Below are positions 31,472-46,211 of a stretch of 64,000 bases of DNA, piece after piece. Origin of the DNA: Escherichia coli (lineage in GTDB: Bacteria > Pseudomonadota > Gammaproteobacteria > Enterobacterales > Enterobacteriaceae); assembly GCF_030013595.1 (NCBI RefSeq), contig NZ_CP122768.1; one strand, written 5' to 3'. Each line of letters begins with the position of its first letter. Position 1 is the stretch's first letter. Below the pieces are notes generated by a model. The model made no database searches and was not told where the DNA came from. It saw nothing but the letters and a program-made list of their open reading frames with translations. A program made the translations under genes and the position numbers.

Positions 31472-32104
31472 ATGGCAACTGACTCAACACAATGTGTAAA
31501 AAAAAGCCGTGGCCGCCCAAAAGTGTTCGACAGGGATGCCGCGCTTGATAAGGCCATGAAATTGTTCTGGCAGCACGGTTATGAAGCGACTTCTCTTGCG
31601 GACCTCGTCGAAGCGACCGGAGCCAAAGCGCCCACGCTATACGCGGAATTTACCAACAAAGAGGGGTTATTTCGCGCCGTACTCGACCGCTATATCGATC
31701 GTTTTGCCGCTAAGCATGAAGCACAGCTGTTTTGTGAAGAGAAAAGCGTGGAGACTGCGCTGGCTGACTATTTTGCTGCCGTCGCCAACTGCTTTACCAG
31801 CAAAGACACCCCGGCTGGCTGCTTTATGATCAACAACTGCACCACCCTCTCCCCGGATTCCGGAGATATCGGCAATACGCTGAAATCACGCCATGCGATG
31901 CAAGAGCGCACTTTGCAGCAGTTTTTATGTCAACGACAAGCGCGCGGGGAAATCCCGACCCACTGTGACGTGACGCATCTGGCAGAATTCCTTAATTGTA
32001 TTATTCAGGGGATGTCGATCAGCGCACGCGAAGGTGCATCGCTGGAAAAACTGATGCAGATTGCCCGAACGACTTTGCGTTTATGGCCCGAACTGGTGAA
32101 ATAA
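31472..32104 (+). CDS. comR: TetR-family repressor ComR (YcfQ)
   Basis: start set at MATDSTQ (210 aa); N-terminal TetR HTH. Confidence 0.85.
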   Translation: MATDSTQCVKKSRGRPKVFDRDAALDKAMKLFWQHGYEATSLADLVEATGAKAPTLYAEFTNKEGLFRAVLDRYIDRFAAKHEAQLFCEEKSVETALADYFAAVANCFTSKDTPAGCFMINNCTTLSPDSGDIGNTLKSRHAMQERTLQQFLCQRQARGEIPTHCDVTHLAEFLNCIIQGMSISAREGASLEKLMQIARTTLRLWPELVK

Positions 32105-32165
32105 GTCGCAAAAAAAGCCCCTCAGCCTGAGCGAATGAGGGGCTAAATTGCAGAGTACAGCCTTG

Positions 32166-32705
32166 TTATACTTTGTTATTCAAAATCAGTTGCCCGTTGC
32201 TATCTAGCGGGATCTGCGTACCCGGATCGCGGTCCATGCGGATTTTGCCCTGCTGATCGCCAATCTTATAGGTCACATCATAACCGAGCATTTTTTCTGA
32301 CTTGTCATACACCGTTTTACAACGCTGTTGCGTAGTCGTGTAAGTATCGCTTTCCTGGAGAGAGCCCTGGATCTGGTTACCGGCATAGCCACCTCCCAGC
32401 GCCCCCACAACAGTGGCGACATCTTTACCGCGACCACCGCCAAACTGATGCCCTATCACGCCGCCAGCAACAGCGCCGAGCACCGACCCGGTAATGCGAT
32501 TTTCATCCTGCACCGGTCGACGATGGGTCACTGTGACGTTGCGACACTCCTGACGCGGTGTTTTAACCGTTTCCTTGATTGGGGTTGCAGAAACAACCTG
32601 AGCGTATTGCGGGCCACGTTCAAACACGTTCAGACTGGCCACTGCCGCTACGCCCAACGCAGCTGCGACACCAATCCCGATACCCGCCAACATTGATTTA
32701 TTCAC
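32166..32705 (-). CDS. ycfJ: glycine-zipper protein YcfJ
   Basis: Gly-rich zipper motifs; start set at GTG to match the 179-aa K-12 protein. Confidence 0.8.
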   Translation of the reverse strand: MNKSMLAGIGIGVAAALGVAAVASLNVFERGPQYAQVVSATPIKETVKTPRQECRNVTVTHRRPVQDENRITGSVLGAVAGGVIGHQFGGGRGKDVATVVGALGGGYAGNQIQGSLQESDTYTTTQQRCKTVYDKSEKMLGYDVTYKIGDQQGKIRMDRDPGTQIPLDSNGQLILNNKV

Positions 32706-32828
32706 GGGAACACCTCCTTCTTTGCTGTTATGCCAATCATGCAAGCGAAGGAGAAAAGCAGCTATCAGACAGAAGATGAAAAGCGCGGGAATGGCTGGAA
32801 ATACTTAGGGATTCGGAGGAGTCTGAAG

Positions 32829-32919
32829 GAATGCCTGATGCGACGCTTAACGCGTCTTATCAGGCCTACCGCTCGTACCATTTGTCCAGGGCGGATGAAG
32901 CGTTTATGCCCCATCCGCC
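32829..32919. repeat. REP elements
   Basis: …GCCTGATGCGACGCTTAACGCGTCTTATCAGGCCTAC… REP consensus. Confidence 0.75.
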
Positions 32920-32931
32920 AGTACAAGCCGA

Positions 32932-34236
32932 TTAATGCAACTTCAAACGTGGACGGATAACGCGGTTAATACTCCCCACCAGCATCATTAATCCGGTTTT
33001 AAAGTAACCATGCAGCGCAATCTGATGCATTCTGTACAGCGAGATGTATACAAAGCGCGCAATTCGTCCTTCAATCATCATTGAGCCGCGCGTCAGGTTA
33101 CCCATCAGGCTACCGACGGTGGAGAAGTTCGACAGCGATACCAGAGAACCGTGATCTTTATACTGATAATTTTTCAGCGGCTTACCATTCATCTGCGCCA
33201 GAATGTTGTTCATTGCGCAGGTTGCCATCTGGTGTGCGGCCTGCGCACGCGGCGGAACAAAGCCCCCTTCCGGACGCGGGCATGACGCGCAATCGCCAAT
33301 AGCGTAAATGTCTGGATCGCGAGTGGTTTGCAGCGTCGGTTCCACCACCAGCTGGTTGATACGGTTGGTTTCAAGACCACCGATATCTTTCAGGAAGTCT
33401 GGCGCTTTGATCCCGGCTGCCCACACCATCAGATCAGCCTCAATATATTCGCCATCTTTAGTATGCAGGCCGCCTTCATCAGCACTGGTGACCATGGTTT
33501 GCGTCAGCACGCGAACGCCAAGTTTCGTTAACTCATTATGGGCCGCAGCAGAGATACGTGGCGGTAATGCAGGCAAAATACGTTCGCCCGCTTCTACCAG
33601 CGTTACGTTCAGGGCTTCGTTGGTCAGACCTTTATAGCCGTAGCTGTGCAGTTGCTTGACCGCGTTGTGCAATTCAGCGGAGAGTTCTACACCCGTCGCG
33701 CCGCCACCGACAATCGCAATGTTCACTTTGCCATTCGCGCCCAGGTTGGCGGAGTATTTCAGGAACAGATTCAGCATCTCCTGGTGGAAGCGACGCGCCT
33801 GGTGCGGGTTATCGAGGAAAATGCAGTTCTCTTTGACACCTGGTGTATTGAAATCGTTAGAGGTGCTACCCAGCGCCATTACCAGGGTGTCATAGGCGAT
33901 TTTACGTTCCGGAACCAGCAATTCACCTTTTTCGTCGCGCAGTTCTGCAATAGTGATTGTTTTCGCTTCACGATCAATATCAATGACGGAACCCAGCTGG
34001 AACTGGAAACCATGATTACGCGCATGGGCCAGATAGCTCAACGCATCAACGCCTTCATCAAGCGAGCCAGTCGCCACTTCGTGCAGCAGCGGTTTCCACA
34101 GGTGGCTGTGGTTACGATCGACCAGCGTGATTTTGGCTTTTTTCTTGCGTCCCAGCTTATGCCCCAGCTGTGTTGCCATTTCCAGCCCACCAGCACCGCC
34201 GCCGACAATCACAATTTTTTTCAATGGCGTAGTCAA
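32932..34236 (-). CDS. ndh: NADH:quinone oxidoreductase II (NDH-2)
   Basis: FAD/NAD-binding GGGAGG and GGGATG motifs; start set at TTG to match the 434-aa K-12 protein. Confidence 0.9.
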
Positions 34237-34507
34237 CGTGACCCCCTTAAATTTATTAACCAATTGTTAATTAATGGTTGTTAACATAGCTCTTAATTAA
34301 CAACAGGTTACAGCAATGAAAATGTTCTTCGCTATTGAGAATAACATGAATGGTGCATTGGTCATACCAAAATTGATGTTAATCAAGTTTTGTTGCTGAA
34401 AAGATAGGCGACTTTACCGGGCGAGATCAAAAAACAGAGTTTGTTGTTTATTATTTGAGCTAATTTATGAGAGTGGTATAGCGTGAGGGGTGTATGGAGG
34501 ACGTTCG

Positions 34508-34630
<123 letters not shown>

Positions 34631-34635
34631 GGCAT

Positions 34636-35178
34636 TTACCCGAGGGTTTTGAACGCTTTAATGCGCTGCAAATGCGGGGAGATATTCTTGAATTTGTGCG
34701 TCTGCTCTTCGTCCCAGACAATCTCGTAATAATGATGCAGCTCTTCAGATGTCCGCTGGCTGTTAAGCGCTTCATCATTACGCGACAAAATCACCAGGCA
34801 ACGATCGCGATTCTTCTCACGGAAGTTGGTCACACACTTAGTGGCAATATCGGCATACTCTTCCGGGCGATCAATCTTGCCTTCCATGTTCTCATAAGGG
34901 AACAAATTAGGGTTGAAGATCACCTGGCGGATATCGCAAAGAAAACCAATCCGTTCCGCCCAGTATCCGCCCAGACCAACGCCGCAAATCAGCGGACGCT
35001 CGTCGACGTTCAGTTGCAACATTTTGTCCACTTCTTTGAGCAGATGCTGCATATCATGTTTCGGATGCCGCGTACTGTAGCTTATCAAGCGTACATCCGG
35101 GTCAATAAACTGCAATTGTAAGACTTTCTCGTGGTTACCCGGACTGTTAGAGTCAAAACCGTGTAAATAGATAATCAT
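34636..35178 (-). CDS. ycfP: UPF0227 esterase-like protein YcfP
   Basis: start set at [10 protein letters not shown] (180 aa); K-12 synteny. Confidence 0.85.
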
Positions 35179-35200
35179 CGCTTCCTCACATAAGCCAGGG

Positions 35201-37041
<1,841 letters not shown>

Positions 37042-37061
<20 letters not shown>

Positions 37062-37683
37062 CTTTACCTGACCAGATAATTTCGCCCGTCTGCACCAGCA
37101 TTAGCTGCATTTGTAGGGTCGGAGCGTTAACGTTGCCAGAGGCACTGGAGTATAGTACGTAATGAGCGCCGACATTGCGGGCAATGCCTATGGCTTTACT
37201 ACGGGTGCCTAAACTGTCCTGCGGCGACAAACCTAACTGTTGCTTTGCCATCGACAGCTGCTGGGCGGAAACCAGGGTAAATTTACCGTTATTAGCCAGC
37301 GCATTTCGCAGCGTTTCGGTCGCTTCTGCGGCATTCAGCGAACCGTTAGTACGGTTGTTAACGCTATCAACCAGCAGGACGCTACCCGCAGTCACGCCGT
37401 CAGCCCCAAGCATCTTACTGACCATCGGCTGCATTGCACCATTCCAGTCATAATGGCGAATATGCGGCGCAGGCGGTGCAGTTTGATCTTCGTGCTCAAT
37501 TGGGCCTGGCTGCTGCGGGATCGTCGGCACCGAGGGCACTGTGGGGACAGGCTGTTGTGGCTCGGCTGGTTGTTCCGGCGCTGGTTTCACTTCTTCTACC
37601 GGTGCAGGTTCACGTTGCCCCACACACCCGGCGAGAAACATCGCCAGCGCGGTAATCAAGGCGTAGCGACTCATTTTTGTCAT
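37042..37683 (-). CDS. lpoB: penicillin-binding protein activator LpoB
   Basis: lipoprotein signal (…LAGC), Pro-rich linker; 213 aa. Confidence 0.85.
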
Positions 37684-37696
37684 CAAGATTCACCCC

Positions 37697-38074
37697 TTAC
37701 AAATATAGATAAAGTCTGACTTTGTGCGCCCCCAGAAAATTGGCGCTGCCGTACAGCGTTACCGCCGAATGTGCGGGAATGGTAACGCTGCGTGGCCTTT
37801 CCAGAGGATGCATCTCCAGCCCTCTGGCGTCATACCAGTAAAAACGATAATGAACGGTAACGGGTTCTTGCCTTTCGTTATAAAGCGTTGAGGATGCTGA
37901 AGGTTGAATATCAGACGTCGAAAGGACGGGCTTTTCTGCACTGATGCCCGCAGCCAATAAAGATGACTCCATCACCAGCGATTGCTCATCATTCACCGGA
38001 ATTTCCGGATGTGTACGACAGCCCACCAGCACTAACAACGCCAGAGACACCAGCCCAAAGCATCCTTTTCTCAT
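37697..38074 (-). CDS. ycfL: lipoprotein YcfL
   Basis: 125-aa ORF with lipoprotein signal; K-12 synteny. Confidence 0.8.
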   Translation of the reverse strand: MRKGCFGLVSLALLVLVGCRTHPEIPVNDEQSLVMESSLLAAGISAEKPVLSTSDIQPSASSTLYNERQEPVTVHYRFYWYDARGLEMHPLERPRSVTIPAHSAVTLYGSANFLGAHKVRLYLYL

Positions 38075-38076
38075 CG

Positions 38077-38436
38077 TTACAGACCTTTATGCGCCAGCAT
38101 TGGTCCCAGCGGACGGCCACCCAACAAGTGCATATGGATGTGGTAAACCTCTTGCCCGCCGTGGCGGTTGGTGTTCATGATCAGACGATAGCCATCTTCG
38201 GCAATACCTTCTTGCTCAGCAATTTTTGCCGCTACGGTGATCATGCGTCCCAGCGCCTGCTCATGCTCAGCAGACACGTCGTTCACAGTTGGAATGAGGA
38301 TATTTGGAATGATCAGAATATGCGTTGGCGCTTGCGGCGAAATATCGCGAAACGCCGTTACCAGATCATCCTGGTAGACGATATCGGAGGGGATCTCACG
38401 ACGAATAATTTTGCTAAATATAGTTTCTTCTGCCAC
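38077..38436 (-). CDS. hinT: purine nucleoside phosphoramidase HinT (HIT family)
   Basis: HIT motif HxHxHLL; start set at GTG to match the 119-aa K-12 protein. Confidence 0.9.
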   Translation of the reverse strand: MAEETIFSKIIRREIPSDIVYQDDLVTAFRDISPQAPTHILIIPNILIPTVNDVSAEHEQALGRMITVAAKIAEQEGIAEDGYRLIMNTNRHGGQEVYHIHMHLLGGRPLGPMLAHKGL

Positions 38437-38769
38437 GACATTTTCCTTTTTCAAATAGCCATGCGTTGCGCCATGCTACGCCGCGCCACACTGCGAGTAT
38501 AGAGTATGGTCGAGTTAAACCTGCTCTTTCAACCTTAACTCACGATTTCTTAAGCAAAAAATCGTTTTGCTGCCGTATATATCGCCATTATTCCCATTTC
38601 TGCCTGCGAATGCGCTGAAAAGACATTCTCTGTTTGGTTTACACGCCAAACATGAATGCGTACATTTCTCATTTGCATTTACATACAAAATTATTCGCAC
38701 ACTAAATATAACCGCTCATCACCCTCCTCCGGCATGAGCCTGACGACAACATAAACCAAGAGATTTCAA

Positions 38770-40959
38770 ATGCTTTCAACACAATTTAACAGGGATAATC
38801 AATATCAAGCCATCACCAAACCGTCACTGCTTGCCGGTTGCATTGTACTGGCACTATTACCTTCTGCCGCTTTTGCTGCACCAGCCACTGAAGAAACGGT
38901 GATTGTTGAGGGTTCAGCCACAGCTCCAGATGATGGCGAAAATGATTACAGCGTAACGTCTACCTCTGCAGGTACCAAAATGCAGATGACTCAACGTGAT
39001 ATTCCTCAGTCGGTCACTATTGTTAGCCAGCAGCGGATGGAAGATCAGCAGTTACAAACGCTGGGCGAGGTGATGGAAAACACGCTGGGGATCAGCAAAA
39101 GTCAGGCGGATTCCGATCGTGCTCTTTATTATTCCCGCGGATTCCAGATCGATAACTATATGGTTGATGGTATCCCCACCTATTTTGAATCGCGCTGGAA
39201 TCTGGGCGACGCACTTTCTGATATGGCACTGTTTGAACGCGTAGAAGTTGTGCGTGGCGCGACAGGCCTCATGACCGGGACGGGTAATCCATCTGCGGCA
39301 ATTAATATGGTTCGAAAACACGCGACCAGTCGTGAATTTAAAGGCGATGTCTCGGCGGAATACGGTAGCTGGAACAAAGAACGGTATGTGGCGGATTTAC
39401 AAAGCCCACTCACCGAAGATGGTAAAATCCGCGCACGAATTGTCGGCGGCTACCAGAATAACGACTCATGGCTGGACCGCTACAACAGTGAAAAGACCTT
39501 CTTCTCCGGCATTGTCGATGCTGATTTAGGCGATCTTACGATGCTTTCAGCCGGTTACGAATATCAGCGTATTGATGTTAATAGCCCAACCTGGGGCGGT
39601 TTACCGCGCTGGAATACTGATGGCAGCAGCAACAGTTACGATCGCGCACGCAGTACCGCACCTGACTGGGCGTACAACGATAAAGAGATCAACAAGGTCT
39701 TTATGACCCTGAAGCAGCGGTTTGCTGATACCTGGCAAGCGACACTGAATGCCACCCACTCCGAAGTCGAATTTGACAGCAAAATGATGTATGTCGATGC
39801 CTATGTAAGTAAAGCGGATGGTATGCTGGTTGGGCCATACAGTAATTATGGACCTGGCTTTGATTATGTCGGCGGCACCGGTTGGAACAGCGGCAAACGT
39901 AAAGTTGATGCGCTGGATTTGTTCGCTGACGGTAGTTATGAATTGTTTGGTCGTCAGCACAATCTAATGTTTGGTGGCAGTTACAGCAAACAAAACAATC
40001 GTTACTTCAGTTCATGGGCCAACATCTTCCCGGATGAAATTGGCAGTTTCTACAACTTTAATGGCAATTTCCCACAAACCGACTGGTCACCACAGAGTCT
40101 GGCGCAGGACGATACCACACATATGAAATCGTTATATGCTGCCACTCGAGTCACCCTTGCCGATCCGCTGCATCTGATCCTCGGCGCACGTTATACCAAC
40201 TGGCGGGTTGATACGCTGACTTACAGCATGGAGAAAAACCACACCACGCCTTATGCTGGTTTGGTATTTGACATCAATGACAACTGGTCGACCTACGCCA
40301 GCTATACCTCTATTTTCCAGCCGCAAAATGATCGTGACAGTTCAGGCAAATATCTGGCTCCAATCACCGGTAACAACTACGAGCTGGGTCTGAAATCGGA
40401 CTGGATGAATAGCCGTCTGACCACCACGTTAGCCATCTTCCGTATTGAGCAGGATAATGTCGCTCAGTCCACCGGTACACCTATCCCCGGCAGCAACGGC
40501 GAAACCGCCTATAAAGCGGTGGATGGGACAGTCAGTAAAGGTGTGGAATTTGAACTCAACGGCGCAATTACCGACAACTGGCAGCTGACGTTTGGCGCAA
40601 CGCGCTATATTGCAGAGGATAACGAAGGAAACGCCGTTAATCCTAATCTGCCACGCACCACGGTTAAAATGTTCACCAGCTACCGGTTGCCTGTCATGCC
40701 AGAGTTGACGGTCGGCGGTGGTGTTAACTGGCAAAATCGCGTGTATACCGACACCGTGACACCGTATGACACCTTCCGCGCCGAGCAAGGTAGCTACGCG
40801 CTGGTGGATCTCTTCACCCGCTACCAGGTGACGAAAAACTTCTCGTTACAGGGGAACGTCAATAACCTGTTCGACAAAACCTACGATACCAACGTGGAAG
40901 GTTCTATCGTCTACGGCGCACCGCGTAATTTCAGCATTACCGGCACGTATCAATTCTGA
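38770..40959 (+). CDS. fhuE: TonB-dependent ferric coprogen/rhodotorulic acid receptor FhuE
   Basis: 729-aa ORF with signal peptide, TonB box and C-terminal …TGTYQF. Confidence 0.9.
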   Translation: MLSTQFNRDNQYQAITKPSLLAGCIVLALLPSAAFAAPATEETVIVEGSATAPDDGENDYSVTSTSAGTKMQMTQRDIPQSVTIVSQQRMEDQQLQTLGEVMENTLGISKSQADSDRALYYSRGFQIDNYMVDGIPTYFESRWNLGDALSDMALFERVEVVRGATGLMTGTGNPSAAINMVRKHATSREFKGDVSAEYGSWNKERYVADLQSPLTEDGKIRARIVGGYQNNDSWLDRYNSEKTFFSGIVDADLGDLTMLSAGYEYQRIDVNSPTWGGLPRWNTDGSSNSYDRARSTAPDWAYNDKEINKVFMTLKQRFADTWQATLNATHSEVEFDSKMMYVDAYVSKADGMLVGPYSNYGPGFDYVGGTGWNSGKRKVDALDLFADGSYELFGRQHNLMFGGSYSKQNNRYFSSWANIFPDEIGSFYNFNGNFPQTDWSPQSLAQDDTTHMKSLYAATRVTLADPLHLILGARYTNWRVDTLTYSMEKNHTTPYAGLVFDINDNWSTYASYTSIFQPQNDRDSSGKYLAPITGNNYELGLKSDWMNSRLTTTLAIFRIEQDNVAQSTGTPIPGSNGETAYKAVDGTVSKGVEFELNGAITDNWQLTFGATRYIAEDNEGNAVNPNLPRTTVKMFTSYRLPVMPELTVGGGVNWQNRVYTDTVTPYDTFRAEQGSYALVDLFTRYQVTKNFSLQGNVNNLFDKTYDTNVEGSIVYGAPRNFSITGTYQF

Positions 40960-41018
40960 ATAACACCTGTAAAAAAGGCAGCCATCCGGCTGCCTTAGTC
41001 TCCCCAACGTCTTACGGA

Positions 41019-42452
41019 TTAGTGGTTACGGATGTACTCATCCATCTCGGTTTTCAGGTTATCGGATTTAGTACCGAAAATCGCCTGAACACCAGAACCA
41101 GCAACCACTACGCCCGCTGCGCCCAGTTTCTTCAGGCCAGCCTGATCCACTTTAGACACATCAGCAACGCTGACGCGCAGACGGGTAATACATGCGTCGA
41201 GGTTAGTAATGTTTTCTTTACCACCAAATGCAGCAACCAGAGCCGGTGCCATTTCGCTGGTACCTGTCGCTTTTGCATCTTCAGTCGCATCTTCACGACC
41301 CGGCGTTTTCAGATCCAGTGCTTTAATCAGCACGCGGAAGATGGTGTAGTAAACAATCGCATAACCGATACCGACGATCGGGAACAGCCACAGTTTGCTG
41401 CTGTTACCAGACAGAACGATGAAGTCGATCAGACCGTGCGAGAACGACGTACCGTCACGCATCCCCAGAAGAATACAGATTGGGAATGCCAGGCCTGCCA
41501 GAATCGCGTGGATGATGTACAGGATCGGCGCAACGAACATGAAGGAGAACTCGATCGGCTCGGTGATACCGGTCAGGAACGAGGTCAGCGCCGCGGAGAT
41601 CATAATACCGCCCACTTTCGCGCGGTTTTCTGGTTTAGCAGAGTGCCAGATAGCAATTGCGGCAGCTGGCAGACCGTACATTTTGAACAGGAAGCCACCA
41701 GACAGTTTACCCGCAGTCGGGTCACCCGCCATATAACGCGGAATGTCGCCGTGGAAAACCTGACCTGCTGCGTTGGTGTATTCACCAATTTGCATCTGGA
41801 AAGGTACGTTCCAGATGTGGTGCAGACCAAACGGTACCAGGCAACGTTCGATGAAACCGTAAATGCCAAACGCAACTACCGGGTTCTGGTAAGCAGCCCA
41901 CTGAGAGAAGGTCTGGATTGCAGAACCAATAGGCGGCCAAATGAAGGACAGCACAACGCCAGTAAAGATGGCAGCCAGGCCTGAAATGATCGGCACAAAG
42001 CGTTTACCGGCAAAGAAGCCAAGATACTCAGGCAGCTTAATACGGTAGAAACGGTTAAACATGTACGCTGCGATCGCACCGGAGATTATCCCCCCGAGTA
42101 CGCCAGTATCCGCCAGGTGTTTAGAGGCGATTTCTTCAGCAGGTAAATGCAGTACCAGTGGCGCAACCACGGCCATGGTTTTAACCATGATGCCATAGGC
42201 AACAACTGCGGCCAGCGCGGATACGCCATCGTTATTGGTAAAGCCGAGGGCGACACCGATCGCAAAAATCAGTGGCATGTTTGCAAAGACGGAACCGCCT
42301 GCTTCTGCCATAACATGCGATACAACGGCGGGCAGCCAGCTGAAATTCGCGGAACCGACGCCCAGCAGAATACCTGCGATAGGCAGTACGGATACCGGCA
42401 GCATCAGCGATTTACCGACCTTTTGCAGGTTAGCAAATGCATTCTTAAACAT
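41019..42452 (-). CDS. ptsG: PTS glucose-specific EIICB component PtsG
   Basis: 477-aa ORF recognised as PtsG; C-terminal IIB domain with CITRLR. Confidence 0.95.
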
Positions 42453-42746
42453 AATTGAGAGTGCTCCTGAGTATGGGTGCTTTTTTTACGTTCTCACGCG
42501 TGGCAAGGGGGGAGAGCCTCGCCGTGTACAGGGCATCTAAGCGCCCTTTATTTATTACACAGAGTAAAATAATTCAGTGCCGATTTGTTTGACGGCTATC
42601 ACGTTTCAACTTCAGATCATTGGAGAAGTTGCACATTTTGACAAAACATATGTCACAATATTTCAAACGTGGTTATTCACCGCCCAATTTTTGGCGGTGA
42701 ACTTTACTCGTTTTAGCCATTAATTACGAGCTTTAAAAAAACTCAT

Positions 42747-43544
42747 TCAACGGATGGATTGAAGGCGGGAAGCGTCGATGTGAAACAGACGGGCGAAGTT
42801 ATCGGTGGTTACCTGCGCCAGTTCTTCAACGGCAACACCTTTCAACACAGCCATGTTTTCTGCAACGTCACGAACCATCGCAGGTTGATTCTCTTTTCCT
42901 CGATGCGGAACCGGTGCAAGGTAAGGTGAGTCAGTTTCTACCAGTAACCGATCCAGGGGGACATAACGCGCGGCATCGCGCAGTTGCTCCGCATTACGGA
43001 AGGTCACAATGCCGGAAAAGGAGATGTAAAATCCGAGATCCAGTAATTTTCCCGCCGTTTCTCTGTCCTCTGTAAAACAGTGTAGTACGCCACCGCAATC
43101 CGTCACTTTTTCTTCGCGCAGAATTGCCAGCGTATCGGCGCGGGCGTCACGGGTGTGGACGATAACCGGCTTGTTCAGTTCACGACCAATCTGGATATGA
43201 TGGATGAAGGACTCTTGCTGCCGTACTTTAGTTTCCGGCGTGTAATAATAATCCAACCCGGTTTCACCCAGCGCAACAACGCCCTCTTCTGCCGCCAGAC
43301 GGCGTAAATCTTCTACATCGTAGGGATCATTCTGGTTGAGTGGATGCACGCCACAAGAAAATACGACGTTGTCACGTTCGCCTACCAGATCCCGCATGTG
43401 TAAATAACCCGGTAATGTTGTGGCGACTGCCAGACAAAATTTCACATCGCGTGCGGCGGCTTTCGCCAGAACGTCATCCACGTCCTTATGCAAAGATTCA
43501 TAATCCAGTCCATCGAGATGGCAGTGTGAGTCGACTAAAAACAT
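42747..43544 (-). CDS. ycfH: TatD-family metal-dependent DNase YcfH
   Basis: start set at MFLVDSHCHLD (265 aa). Confidence 0.9.
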   Translation of the reverse strand: MFLVDSHCHLDGLDYESLHKDVDDVLAKAAARDVKFCLAVATTLPGYLHMRDLVGERDNVVFSCGVHPLNQNDPYDVEDLRRLAAEEGVVALGETGLDYYYTPETKVRQQESFIHHIQIGRELNKPVIVHTRDARADTLAILREEKVTDCGGVLHCFTEDRETAGKLLDLGFYISFSGIVTFRNAEQLRDAARYVPLDRLLVETDSPYLAPVPHRGKENQPAMVRDVAENMAVLKGVAVEELAQVTTDNFARLFHIDASRLQSIR

Positions 43545-43554
43545 GATGTCTCTC

Positions 43555-44559
43555 TTAAAGATGAGGAACCGGTAGCACAACGCCCGGTTGCAGGTAATGC
43601 TCAATACGCAGTAAAAGATCGGTGATGAGAAGCTCGCGGTTGATGCCTGTGACAGACATTAACTGTTCACGAATGTGGCAAACATCCCCCAGTATAGCCT
43701 GCAGGCGCGAGGGAGAAAGATGATTTGCCAGTTCGACGACCAGGCCCGGCACATCAACATTGGTCACCTGCGCAGCGCCATGATGGCGTTTTAGCGCATC
43801 CATCAGCAACGTTGCCAGCCAGTGTAAACGCGCCGGAGCTTGTTCATGATTAAGGGCCGCTAGCAGCGAATACCAGTCGCCCGATTGCACGCTATATGCC
43901 AGCGCCTGACACAATGTTTCACGAGCCTGCCAGTTATCTCCCTGAAACAACGCCAGTGCCGCCCCAGGCGAACCGGCGCTTAAGCGCAATGCGGCAAGTA
44001 GTGCATCCTGTGACATTGTCACTTCGCGTGAAAGCCAGGTCACGGCGTACTGTTCCGGCGGCGGCGCAAGGTAATGTAACCGACAACGACTACGTAATGT
44101 TGCCAGTAAACGTTCAGGCTCGCGGGTAGCCAGGAAAAACCAGGTTTCTGCTGGTGGCTCTTCAAGCGTTTTCAGCAATGCGTTAGCCGCGGCGTCAGTC
44201 AGTAAGGCAGCATCGGTTACCCAGACAACTTTCGCACCACCTAAGCGTGCGTGCTCATTTAACTTTTCGGTGACTTCACGTACCGCATCAATGCCCAGCG
44301 CATTTTTCCCTTTTTCGGGAGCCAGGGTGTAATAATCGGGATGCGTGCCAGCCTGCATCAACTGACATCCACGACAGTGACCGCAACTTTTGTGGCCCTG
44401 CGGTTGTTGGCAGAGTAAATAACGGCTCAGGGCGTAGATTAAAGCATCATCGCCCATGCCCGGTAACGCCTGAATGAGTAGCGCATGGTGACCTCTTCCG
44501 GCCTGATAGCTGGCTACCAGTTTTTCGAAATCAGGTCGTAACCATGGATACCATCTCAT
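43555..44559 (-). CDS. holB: DNA polymerase III delta-prime subunit HolB
   Basis: 334-aa ORF; AAA-like N-terminus and zinc module C-x-H-C-x2-C. Confidence 0.9.
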   Translation of the reverse strand: MRWYPWLRPDFEKLVASYQAGRGHHALLIQALPGMGDDALIYALSRYLLCQQPQGHKSCGHCRGCQLMQAGTHPDYYTLAPEKGKNALGIDAVREVTEKLNEHARLGGAKVVWVTDAALLTDAAANALLKTLEEPPAETWFFLATREPERLLATLRSRCRLHYLAPPPEQYAVTWLSREVTMSQDALLAALRLSAGSPGAALALFQGDNWQARETLCQALAYSVQSGDWYSLLAALNHEQAPARLHWLATLLMDALKRHHGAAQVTNVDVPGLVVELANHLSPSRLQAILGDVCHIREQLMSVTGINRELLITDLLLRIEHYLQPGVVLPVPHL

Positions 44560-45197
44560 GCGTCCAACTCCTTCACCCAGTTGGTCACGGTAGTGCGGAT
44601 TGCATCCATCACGGCCTCCAGCGGCTGGGTGGCATCAATGGTATGAATGCTTTTATCTTGTGCTGCCAGTTCCAGATAGCGGGCGCGGGTGCGATTAAAG
44701 AAATCGAAAGACTCTTGCTCAATACGATCCAGCTCGCCGCGCGCACGCGCGCGTTTTAAGCCAACCTCCGGGGTAACATCGAGATAGAGCGTTAAGTCGG
44801 GGCGAAAATCCCCGAGAACAGCATCACGCAGTGTTGCCAGCATATGTTGGTCAATACCACGTCCTCCACCCTGATAGGCTTGAGTGGAGAGATCGTGGCG
44901 ATCGCCAATCACCCAGGTGCCGTTAGCCAGCGCAGGTTTGATGACCGTTTCTACCAGTTGAACGCGCGCGGCATAAAACATCAGAACTTCGGCTTTATCG
45001 GTAATGACTTCATCGCCTACCGATTTGATATCCAGCACCAGGCTTCTTAACTTTTCGGCAAGTTGCGTACCGCCAGGTTCCCGAGTGAAAACCATGTCGC
45101 GGATACCCAGTTGCTCGAGCGTCTCAACCACCACGTTACGCGCGGTAGTTTTGCCTGCGCCTTCCAGCCCCTCAATGACGATATACTTACTGCGCAT
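44556..45197 (-). CDS. tmk: thymidylate kinase Tmk
   Basis: P-loop GLEGAGKTT; 213 aa. Confidence 0.95.
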   Translation of the reverse strand: MRSKYIVIEGLEGAGKTTARNVVVETLEQLGIRDMVFTREPGGTQLAEKLRSLVLDIKSVGDEVITDKAEVLMFYAARVQLVETVIKPALANGTWVIGDRHDLSTQAYQGGGRGIDQHMLATLRDAVLGDFRPDLTLYLDVTPEVGLKRARARGELDRIEQESFDFFNRTRARYLELAAQDKSIHTIDATQPLEAVMDAIRTTVTNWVKELDA

Positions 45198-46209
45198 TTT
45201 TTTCCTTAAGCACTTTCAGATAATCCTGCACAGACTTGTTATGACTGGCAAGATTGGTATTAAACGTGTGACCACCTTTACCATCGGCCACAAAATAGAG
45301 ATACGGCGTTTTTGCCGGATGCGCAGCAGCCTTCAGCGAATCCGCCCCCGGCGTCGCTATCGCACCTGGCGGCAGACCGGTAATGGTATAGGTGTTATAC
45401 GCTGTCGGCGTTTCCAGGTCTGCACGAGAAAGTTTGCCATTATAACGCTCTCCCATCCCGTAAATCACGGTCGGGTCGGTCTGCAGGCGCATACCAATGC
45501 GTAAACGGTTGATAAATACTGAGGCAACCTGATCGCGTTCACTGGCAACGGCGGTTTCTTTTTCGATAATTGATGCCATCGTCACCAACTGGTTTTTATC
45601 TTTATAAGGCAGACCGTCCGCACGCCCTTCCCAGGCGCTATCGACCGCTTTCACCATTTTCTTGTGCGCTCGCTTGAGTAACGCGACATCGGTGGTATTG
45701 GCGGTATACATCCAGGTGTCTGGCCAGAACCAACCTTCAATCCACTCCGGGTTTTCCAGTTCAAGTGCCTGCGCTACGGTGGCGTACTTATCGTCGCTCA
45801 GCGTGTGCTTGATATACGGGGCCTCACGCAATTGCTTGAGGTAATCGCTCAGACGCATCCCTTCTACCAGTCGCAGAGGGAACTGTGCTTCTTTACCGCT
45901 TTCCAGCAATTTCAGCATCTCGCGCACGGTCATCTGCGGTGTAAAGCGGTAAGTCCCGGCTTTAAAGTGAGAAAGATCCGGTTCGATACGCAGCAGCCAT
46001 TGGAAAACCCGTGGGCGATTGATGATCTTATCGGCATAAAGCTGTTCACCGAGCGCCAGACGTCCGGTCCCTGGCTTCAGGGTAAATATCGTCTCTTCTT
46101 TGATAAGCAATTTGCTGTCGGCAAGATGGCGAACCTTCCAGACGCCCACACCAGCGGCGATACCCAGTACCACCAGCAATAACAAGATAATCAATAACAC
46201 TTTTTTCAT
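45187..46209 (-). CDS. mltG: endolytic murein transglycosylase MltG (YceG)
   Basis: 340-aa ORF with N-terminal membrane anchor; K-12 synteny. Confidence 0.9.
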   Translation of the reverse strand: MKKVLLIILLLLVVLGIAAGVGVWKVRHLADSKLLIKEETIFTLKPGTGRLALGEQLYADKIINRPRVFQWLLRIEPDLSHFKAGTYRFTPQMTVREMLKLLESGKEAQFPLRLVEGMRLSDYLKQLREAPYIKHTLSDDKYATVAQALELENPEWIEGWFWPDTWMYTANTTDVALLKRAHKKMVKAVDSAWEGRADGLPYKDKNQLVTMASIIEKETAVASERDQVASVFINRLRIGMRLQTDPTVIYGMGERYNGKLSRADLETPTAYNTYTITGLPPGAIATPGADSLKAAAHPAKTPYLYFVADGKGGHTFNTNLASHNKSVQDYLKVLKEKNAQ

Positions 46210-46211
46210 GA

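Noticed and set aside
38455-38769. Fur box in the fhuE promoter
   Set aside because: Fur regulation is expected for fhuE, but I could not identify a convincing 19-bp Fur-box match by eye, so it is not listed as a feature.
41022-41984. 320-aa plus-strand ORF
   Set aside because: Antisense shadow inside the well-supported ptsG gene.
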